From contig OZ254086.1 in the NCBI GenBank assembly GCA_965267575.1, positions 1,376,001 to 1,440,000 of the forward strand: a stretch of DNA of 64,000 nt, in the 5' to 3' direction. Below the pieces are notes generated by a model. It had not been told where the DNA came from. It saw nothing but the letters and a program-made list of their open reading frames with translations, and searched no databases. This stretch comes from Calditrichales bacterium. Its GTDB lineage: Bacteria > Calditrichota > Calditrichia > Calditrichales > J004. The stretch's first letter is position 1. Every line of letters begins with the position of its first letter. The translations under genes and the position numbers were made by a program. Positions 57,341-64,000 of this stretch are shown one piece after another.

Positions 57341-58432
57341 ATGCTGAACGAACTTGTCTTGCCAAACCTTATGAAATCTCTTACGCCGCGCCGCGCCGGC
57401 AACCTGCTGAAAACGGGCAGTTCCTATCTGCTGTCTGCCTTAATGGACAAGCCGGTTATCTGGGGCAAGCCTTCCATCCTGACCATCGAACCGACCAATA
57501 TCTGCAACTTGCGCTGCCCGTTGTGCACCACAGGCTCCGGCGACATGAACCGCGTTAACGGCAAGATGCACCTGGACACCTTCCGTAACATCATCGATAA
57601 AATGGGCGATGACATATTTTTCCTGCTACTCTACCACCAGGGCGAACCCTATATCAACAAAGATTTTCTGGAATTTGTGCGCCTGGCAAAGGAAAAAAAG
57701 ATCTACACCACCACCAGCACCAACGCCCACTATTTCAGCGACGAAGTCATTAACGCCACGATCGATGCCGGGCTGGACAGTATGATCGTTTCGCTGGATG
57801 GCGTTACGCAGGAGGTGTACGAGCGCTACCGCGTAAAGGGCAAAGTGGATAAGGTCATAGAATCCACGGCGCGTTTTATGGAAATAAAGCGCCGGCGCAA
57901 AGCCAAATATCCGCTTATCGCCCTGCAGTTCCTGGTGATGAAGCATAATGAGCACGAGCTGTCCGCCGTAAAAAAACTGGCCGCCGATATAGGTGTGGAC
58001 CGCTTGCTGATCAAGAACATAGAAGTGCACAACGAAGAAGAGGCGGCAGAGTGGCTGCCGTCGGAAGATAAGTATCGCCGCTACAACTTTGACGGACAGA
58101 GCCTGCAGGTCAAAAACGGCAGCAAGAAATCGTGCCCGCGCGTCTGGAATTCCACGCTGATCAATTGGGACGGCTCTGTGGTGCCGTGCTGTTTTGATAA
58201 AAACGGCGAGCATGAGCTCGGTAATATCAACAGCGCGGAAAACCTGGATGCCTTATGGAATGGTGATGCCTATGCCGCTTTTCGCAAACGATTGCTGCAC
58301 CAGCGCGAAAGCATCGACATGTGCCGCAACTGCAACCAGGGCCTGGGCAGCTTTGTTTTCAACATCCGCACCAAAAAGAAGCAATCGGACAAAAAAGAAA
58401 ATAAATCTCCTTTTGTAATCCTGAATCAATAA
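57341..58432 (+). CDS. Radical SAM protein with SPASM/twitch domain
   Basis: CNLRCPLC (CxxxCxxC), GEP and SLDG; C-terminal C-x2-VW...G-x-VVPCC...C-x2-C. Confidence 0.9.
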   Translation: MLNELVLPNLMKSLTPRRAGNLLKTGSSYLLSALMDKPVIWGKPSILTIEPTNICNLRCPLCTTGSGDMNRVNGKMHLDTFRNIIDKMGDDIFFLLLYHQGEPYINKDFLEFVRLAKEKKIYTTTSTNAHYFSDEVINATIDAGLDSMIVSLDGVTQEVYERYRVKGKVDKVIESTARFMEIKRRRKAKYPLIALQFLVMKHNEHELSAVKKLAADIGVDRLLIKNIEVHNEEEAAEWLPSEDKYRRYNFDGQSLQVKNGSKKSCPRVWNSTLINWDGSVVPCCFDKNGEHELGNINSAENLDALWNGDAYAAFRKRLLHQRESIDMCRNCNQGLGSFVFNIRTKKKQSDKKENKSPFVILNQ

Positions 58433-58518
58433 TCCTTGCAGGCATTGCATTGAATATTCTTTGCCCGATATATTCCCATTACTGAAAATGCCTCACAAGC
58501 CGTGGATGGGAATATAGC

Positions 58519-59424
58519 ATGAGCCTTCTTGATAAACTTGTCGTCTGGTCTATCCCCTTTGTACCCAAGCCGCTGGTCGGCTATTTTTCGCGCGATTATA
58601 TCGCCGGGGACAGCCGTGAACATGCCGTCAGCAAAGTGAAGGAACTAAACAGTCTGGGCATGATGGCTACGCTGGATTTTCTTGGTGAAGAGATTACCAA
58701 TAAAGCCCAGGCCGAAGCCGCGGCCAATGAATACATCGCCATGCTGGATATCATCGAACAGGAAAAGCTGGACTCGAATATTTCGATTAAGCCAACCCAC
58801 ATGGGGCTGAATCTTGATCAGGAGTTTGCCCATAGAAATATCCGCCGCATTGTGGAAAAAGCCAAAGAACACGGCAATTTTGTCCGCATTGACATGGAAG
58901 ACCGCCACGTTACAACTAAAACCATCGAATTATATCTGAAGTTAAAAAAAGACTTTGAAGGACATGTCGGTACGGTGATACAATCTTACCTGCGCCGTAC
59001 CAATGATGATGTGGGCGCGCTGATTGAGCACAGGGCAAATCTGCGCCTGTGCAAGGGCATTTATGTTGAACCCCGCGAAGTGGCCTTCAAGGATATGGCG
59101 ATCATAAACGAATGCTACAAGTACAACCTGGAACGGCTGCTTAAGAATGGCTGCTATGTCGGCATAGCCACCCACGATGAGAAGCTTATCTGGCACGCCT
59201 TACGCATTATCGACGCGCTTAACCTGCCCCGGGAGGCTTACGAATTCCAGATGCTGCTGGGCGTGGACGAGCAGCTGCGCGACATCCTGGTTAAGTCCGG
59301 ACATCGCCTGCGTGTGTATGTGCCATACGGCCACGATTGGTACGCCTATTCCACGCGCCGTTTAAAGGAAAACCCGCGTATGGCGGGCATGGTGTTTCGC
59401 AAAATCTTTGGACTAAACCATTAA
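58519..59424 (+). CDS. Monofunctional proline dehydrogenase
   Basis: SIKPT, RIDME, QSYL-x-R, LRLCKG-x-Y, ATHD, EFQML-x-G, YVPYG and YSTRRL-x-E. Confidence 0.92.
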   Translation: MSLLDKLVVWSIPFVPKPLVGYFSRDYIAGDSREHAVSKVKELNSLGMMATLDFLGEEITNKAQAEAAANEYIAMLDIIEQEKLDSNISIKPTHMGLNLDQEFAHRNIRRIVEKAKEHGNFVRIDMEDRHVTTKTIELYLKLKKDFEGHVGTVIQSYLRRTNDDVGALIEHRANLRLCKGIYVEPREVAFKDMAIINECYKYNLERLLKNGCYVGIATHDEKLIWHALRIIDALNLPREAYEFQMLLGVDEQLRDILVKSGHRLRVYVPYGHDWYAYSTRRLKENPRMAGMVFRKIFGLNH

Positions 59425-59427
59425 TTT

Positions 59428-60867
59428 TTATTTTTCGAATACTTTTAACCTCGCCTCAATCCAGCTGATAAAATCCAGGTAATCCAGCACATTGCTCCTG
59501 GATTGTGAAGATTCCTCTCTGAACAGATTGTCCTTGATATGAGATAATATTTTTTCGTGTTGGTCTTTTGTGGACGTGCTGAGCCTGGAGAAGCCGTTTA
59601 ACAATACTTTTTCATAGCTCTGCAGCATGCGCTTTTTCTTTAGAAAGCGGCGGCAGGACTCCACGGCGTAGCGCAGCAGATTCATATTGCCCAGCTCAAA
59701 GTGAATGATCAGGTAGAGCAGGTGCGCAAAAGCAAGAATGTCTTCCCGCGGATGAACAAAACGATCGTTTAAAACACGATTGAGGCGACGCAGAGCCGCT
59801 TCATGATCGGACGCCAGAAAAAAGAGGTAAGCGCATTGATAGCGCAGCGACAACCGGTAATTTTCAGGCAGGTCTGTGTGCTTTTCCAGGAAAGCTTCTA
59901 TAGTAGCTACACGCTTAAGGCCGGTCTCAAAATCACGCACATCGCGGTAAAATTCCAGTTCCACATTGAATAGTTGCAACACAGCTCTGCGGCTGATCGT
60001 TTTGTTCCGGCCGTAAAATTTAGCGGCCTTCTCCAACAGAAAGCGGGCTTTTTGAAGGTCCCTGAATTGCAGTGCCATGCCAATTGTATTATTAAGCGAT
60101 GTGAGATAGCTGGTGCCCTGTGTCTCTAACATGACCGGTTTTTCTTCCCATAGCTGCAATACTTTTTCGGCCTCCGGCAAACAAGCGTCACGATTGTTGT
60201 GCATGGCATACCAGGTCTGGCGTATAAAATGATATTGTGTGGCTGCAGCTAAAGATAAAGGCTTTTCTTTTCCATCCAGCACATCACGCAGGGCCTGCGG
60301 CGGGTCGGACAGCGACTCAAAAAGCTGCGTGGACATTATCCTGAAACGGTTCTCCTGCTCGATGATCCTGTGGATTTCCGTTTCTTCATGCAAAACCAGG
60401 CGCAATTCAATGTCCCGTTGCCTGCGGGCGAAACTTTCATTCGCGAGACGTCTTTTCAGTGCCAGATATGACAAGGCCTCCGGCCACATTTCCAGCTCGC
60501 GTGCTCTTTCCAAACCCGCTTTGAGATGCCGCGAGCAGAAACTCCACAAACCGCGTGCATATAAAAATTCGCACTCGCTGAACTGCCGCCGGCAGCGGCT
60601 TTCGGGGCTGTTTTGCAGCTCCTGCGCGGAGAAAGCCGCCAGTATTTGTCCACGCAGGTAATTCTTTAAAACGTGGAACTGTCGCAGGAAAGGCTCTCCG
60701 GCAAAGTATTCACGCAAAGCGGATTCATCATAAATATCCTGGGCATCGATGGCGTCAAACAGGCGCGCGTAGGCTGTTCCGTTACGGGCAACGTTTTGCC
60801 GGAAATGTGCTTTTTCGCGCTCAGTGAGCGATTTAATCAGGTAAAAAAGTTCTTCTCTTTTGAGCAT
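59428..60867 (-). CDS. Conserved hypothetical all-helical protein (putative N-terminal DNA-binding plus TPR-like region)
   Basis: LFYLIKSLTEREK...LFDAID-x-Q-x2-YDE N-terminus; helical repeats; ends LDYLDFISWIEA. No catalytic motif recognised. Confidence 0.65.
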   Translation of the reverse strand: MLKREELFYLIKSLTEREKAHFRQNVARNGTAYARLFDAIDAQDIYDESALREYFAGEPFLRQFHVLKNYLRGQILAAFSAQELQNSPESRCRRQFSECEFLYARGLWSFCSRHLKAGLERARELEMWPEALSYLALKRRLANESFARRQRDIELRLVLHEETEIHRIIEQENRFRIMSTQLFESLSDPPQALRDVLDGKEKPLSLAAATQYHFIRQTWYAMHNNRDACLPEAEKVLQLWEEKPVMLETQGTSYLTSLNNTIGMALQFRDLQKARFLLEKAAKFYGRNKTISRRAVLQLFNVELEFYRDVRDFETGLKRVATIEAFLEKHTDLPENYRLSLRYQCAYLFFLASDHEAALRRLNRVLNDRFVHPREDILAFAHLLYLIIHFELGNMNLLRYAVESCRRFLKKKRMLQSYEKVLLNGFSRLSTSTKDQHEKILSHIKDNLFREESSQSRSNVLDYLDFISWIEARLKVFEK

Positions 60868-61000
60868 TGTTCCTACGTTTTGCCGCTATTTAGCAGACAG
60901 AATGTATTATAATTAATAATTGGTGAACAAAATAGATAAAAATTGTTCTACGTTTTATCAAAACTTTGTGATTGTTTCGCCGTAAAGCACAGCCTATAAT
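60866..61000. promoter_or_regulatory. Divergent promoter region with a direct repeat and a sigma70-like promoter
   Basis: ATTGTTCCTACGTTTT (60866-60881) and ATTGTTCTACGTTTT (60942-60956); TTGTTT (60972)-17 nt-TATAAT (60995) facing the VOC gene. Confidence 0.6.
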
Positions 61001-61048
61001 TACGCCGGGCGCTCACGAAACAGACACAAACATACAATAGGAGGAGAT

Positions 61049-61423
61049 ATGGCAAACGCGATCAACTGGTTTGAAATACCCGCAACGGATATAGACCGTG
61101 CCCGTGCTTTTTACGGCAAGGTCTTTAGCGGTGAGATTGAAGTAACGGAAATGGGCGGTATTAAGATGGCTTTTCTGCCCGGTGATTATATGAGCGGTGA
61201 ACTGACCGGCGCTTTGTGCCAGGGAGAAGGCTATGAACCCACGGACAAAGGCGCGCTGCTTTACCTTAATGGCGGGGAAGACCTGAGCGAACGCCTGGCC
61301 CTTGCCGAAAAGGCCGGCGCAAAAGTGCTTTTACCAAAGACAAAAATCTCCGATGAAATAGGCTTTATGGCCATCTTTCTCGACAGCGAAGGTAACCGCG
61401 TTGCCTTTCATTCGCCGCGCTAA
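61049..61423 (+). CDS. VOC/glyoxalase/bleomycin-resistance family protein
   Basis: INWFEIPATD-x2-RA-x2-FY and FLDSEGN; AGGAGG RBS. Confidence 0.9.
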   Translation: MANAINWFEIPATDIDRARAFYGKVFSGEIEVTEMGGIKMAFLPGDYMSGELTGALCQGEGYEPTDKGALLYLNGGEDLSERLALAEKAGAKVLLPKTKISDEIGFMAIFLDSEGNRVAFHSPR

Positions 61424-61433
61424 ATTAAAAGCT

Positions 61434-61463
61434 GCTCCCGGATGATGCACGCCGGGAGCTTTT
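61434..61463 (+). terminator. Intra-operon terminator-like hairpin
   Basis: GCTCCCGG-atgatgcacg-CCGGGAGC-TTTT. Confidence 0.65.
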
Positions 61464-61485
61464 GACTTTTTGACAAGGGGGAGCC

Positions 61486-61962
61486 ATGGAGAGGACGCTT
61501 AATGATATTATCGCTTTGTATAATCTGAACAACCGCTTACTAAAACGTTGCTTTGACGCTATCTCCACGCAGCAGGCAGACAGGCCATTGCAGGCTGAAT
61601 TGCCTCCTGTAAACTGGCTGCTGGGGCATATCACCCGCACGCGTTATCACATCATGGAGCTGCTGGGCGCAAAACGGTCGCACGAGTTTCTTAGTGCTTA
61701 CGGAGAGCCTTACAACGCGAAAACCCGTTACCCCTCGGTGGCGGAAATAATTCAGGCCTGGCGCGGGGTTGAGGATGACCTTATTAAAATGATGAAGGAT
61801 GCAGGCGCCGACAAGCTGAACCAAGCTATAGATTACGATTTGCCTCATGGTGACAAAACGGTACTAGGTGCGATCGTATTTTTTTGCTATCACGAGACGT
61901 GGCATGTGGGACAGATCTCAGCGCAGTGCCGCATAGCCGGTCTGCCCGGATTGGCCGGATAA
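61486..61962 (+). CDS. DinB/YfiT family protein
   Basis: WLLGH and HE-x2-H-x-GQI metal triad. Confidence 0.85.
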   Translation: MERTLNDIIALYNLNNRLLKRCFDAISTQQADRPLQAELPPVNWLLGHITRTRYHIMELLGAKRSHEFLSAYGEPYNAKTRYPSVAEIIQAWRGVEDDLIKMMKDAGADKLNQAIDYDLPHGDKTVLGAIVFFCYHETWHVGQISAQCRIAGLPGLAG

Positions 61963-61978
61963 AAATGAGGAGCCGATA

Positions 61979-62641
61979 ATGACTTTTTTTGAACAGGATT
62001 TTGTTCGCTTCTTTCAGGAGCTGCGGGCGAATAACGAGCGCGATTGGTTCAACGCCAACAAAAAGCGCTTTAAGCAAAATGTGCAACAGCCGTTTAAAGC
62101 TTTTCTGGCCATGCTGCTGGGCCGCATCCATGAAGACGATCCTGAAATACCGCCTTCGCCGGATGAAGCTGTTTTTCGTATTTACCGCGACGTTCGTTTT
62201 TCCCAGGACAAGTCGCCATACAAGACGCATATGGGCGCACTTATTGCTCCCGGGGGCCGACGGGAGAAACGGCCCGGTAATTACATTCAGATGAATGACG
62301 AGCAGATCTTATTTTACGGCGGCGCTTACTGGCTGGAAAAAAACGAGCTGGAGAAGGCACGTGCGCGGCTGCTGAAAGAGCCTGGCACGTTTCAGGCCAT
62401 CGTTGATGATCCCGCATTCCGCAAGGCATTTGGGGAAGTGCAGGGTGAAAAATACAAGCGCATCCCGCCGCATTTGAAAGAGGACGCCGAAAAACAACCA
62501 TGGCTTTTTTACAAGAGCTTTTACTTCGGCACCAGCCTGCCCGTTGATATGATCTTTTCCGACGAGCTTCCGGACAAGCTGTTTGAGCTTTACAAAACCG
62601 GCAAGGCATTCAACCTTTATATGCGCGAAACCATCGCCTGA
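61979..62641 (+). CDS. DUF2461 family protein
   Basis: FF-x2-L-x2-NN-x-RDWF and FRIYRDVRFS-x-DKSPYKT. Confidence 0.88.
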   Translation: MTFFEQDFVRFFQELRANNERDWFNANKKRFKQNVQQPFKAFLAMLLGRIHEDDPEIPPSPDEAVFRIYRDVRFSQDKSPYKTHMGALIAPGGRREKRPGNYIQMNDEQILFYGGAYWLEKNELEKARARLLKEPGTFQAIVDDPAFRKAFGEVQGEKYKRIPPHLKEDAEKQPWLFYKSFYFGTSLPVDMIFSDELPDKLFELYKTGKAFNLYMRETIA

Positions 62642-62645
62642 ACGT

Positions 62646-63452
62646 TTACTCCGGTGCCAGGCCTTCTGCTTTGTTGGCCGATGTAACAATTCCCTGAATC
62701 AGCGCCGAGCTGAATCCGGCATGTTCCATCTTGTTAAGGCCGGCGATTGTGCAACCGAGCGGCGTCGTCACTTTGTCGATTTCAAATTCGGGGTGGCGCT
62801 TGTTTTTCAGCAGCAGCGTCGCGGCGCCTTTTGCTGTTTGTGCCGCCATGGAAAGCGCCTCTTCCGCATGAAAACCAATCTCAATACCACCTTGAGACGC
62901 GGCACGGATGGCGCGAAGGAAAAAGGCAATACCGCATGCCGCCAGGGCCGTAGCCGACGTCATCTGAGTTTCCTCAATAACCAGTGTGCTGCCCAGCATG
63001 TTAAATAGCTCTTTGGCTTTTTCCAATGCAGGATCCTTTCTATTCACGGCGCTCAGACAGGTCATCGATTCGCCCATGGCAATGGCCGTGTTTGGCATGG
63101 CACGTACGATTTGCAGGGGCTTTGCAACCTTTCCGGCGATATGCGCAACCGTAACAGCTGTAGCAACGGAAATAAGGATTTGTCTTTCATTCAGGTCGGC
63201 GCCGATTTCATCCAGCACCTTATCTACCTGATGCGGTTCCACGGCGAGTATAACGATGCCGCACTCCCGGACGGCTGTTTTGTTGTCGGCAGATACCCGG
63301 CAACCTTCATCCGCAAAGCCGCTGATAAGCTCTGCTCTGCGTCGCGTCAGATATAAATTGTCCGCCTTAACGGCCTTCCTTTCAAGAAAGCCGCGGGCTA
63401 ATGCCCCTCCGATATTGCCGGTGCCGATGATGGCGATTTTCTCGTTTAGCAT
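62646..63452 (-). CDS. proC: Pyrroline-5-carboxylate reductase
   Basis: IIGTGNIG, LAVEP, RAMPNT and VTTP-x-G-x-TI-x-GL. Confidence 0.93.
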   Translation of the reverse strand: MLNEKIAIIGTGNIGGALARGFLERKAVKADNLYLTRRRAELISGFADEGCRVSADNKTAVRECGIVILAVEPHQVDKVLDEIGADLNERQILISVATAVTVAHIAGKVAKPLQIVRAMPNTAIAMGESMTCLSAVNRKDPALEKAKELFNMLGSTLVIEETQMTSATALAACGIAFFLRAIRAASQGGIEIGFHAEEALSMAAQTAKGAATLLLKNKRHPEFEIDKVTTPLGCTIAGLNKMEHAGFSSALIQGIVTSANKAEGLAPE

Positions 63453-63595
63453 AAGGGCTCCCCTGTTTACTGATGATTTAATTGAATAGCCAAAAGTAAG
63501 TAAAAAAGGGAAATGACTGAAAACTGTTTTGAGTGGTTGTTTGATTTAGGTGTGTGGAACGAAGCACCGGCAGACGAAAGGCTGATTGCGGATTG

Positions 63596-64000
63596 CTAAA
63601 CGGCCTGTTCCAGAAAAGGCTGGACCTTATTGATCAGGTCATGGGGTTTGTAGGGTTTTTGCAGAAAGCCGCACAGGCCATCGCCTTTAAAGCGCCTGGT
63701 AGCCTCCTGCTCGCTGTAGCCGCTGGAGAGGATCACTTTTACATCCTCACGTATGCGTTTCAGTTCCTGGAATGCTTCGCGGCCGTTGAGGTGTGGCATG
63801 GTCATATCCATCAAAACAAGGTGGATCTCCTCGTGATTTTCTTCAAAAACACGCACCGCGTCACGTCCGTCATCTGCTGTGATAACATTGAGGCCGGCGC
63901 CTTCCAGCGTTGTTTTGCCCAGCTGGCGTATGGCCTCATCATCATCCACAACCATCACGGTACCGCTTCCGCGCCAGTCCTTCATGGCGGCAGCGTCCCC
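63596..64000 (-). CDS. C-terminal receiver domain of a probable hybrid histidine kinase; 5' end outside window
   Basis: Frame open to the window edge; GSGTVMVVDDD, MDMTMP, SSGYS and FLQKPY. Confidence 0.8.
   Translation of the reverse strand, partial: GDAAAMKDWRGSGTVMVVDDDEAIRQLGKTTLEGAGLNVITADDGRDAVRVFEENHEEIHLVLMDMTMPHLNGREAFQELKRIREDVKVILSSGYSEQEATRRFKGDGLCGFLQKPYKPHDLINKVQPFLEQAV

Noticed and set aside
58519-63452. Proline cycle operon (proline dehydrogenase plus proC)
   Set aside because: The genes are on opposite strands and separated by four unrelated genes; proximity alone is weak evidence.

Overview
Bacterial chromosomal window of roughly balanced GC, densely coding (about 60 genes) and mostly housekeeping. 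Gene style suggests an FCB-related or Calditrichota-like organism, which is inference only. It contains rpsU, a GAF-PP2C phosphatase, a blue-copper lipoprotein next to an outer-membrane barrel, a GCS2-CBS ligase/M14 deacylase pair and a LiaF-LytS-LytTR-VOC operon. A RelA/SpoT-TPR gene lies behind a bacterial VLRF1 (Vms1-like) release-factor homologue, and a degenerate DNA-methyltransferase-like gene lies behind glgC. Further genes include ptsI, tesA-ybbA-ybbP, tricorn protease, an OPT transporter, a menG-F-D-H-B-A-C-E menaquinone operon, abgT, nth, thyX, ferritin, a radical SAM protein, proline dehydrogenase and proC. I found no rRNA, tRNA, CRISPR array or transposase. The most unusual structure is at 28302-29110: a GxxExxY PD-(D/E)xK nuclease gene bracketed by four 88-97 nt hairpin repeats in an A-B-[gene]-A'-B' layout, whose outer ends overlap the TAG stop codons of two convergent host genes. 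It looks like a cassette or small mobile element. Several other REP-like remnants and a candidate non-canonical regulator with its own direct-repeat sites (59428-61000) also merit follow-up.
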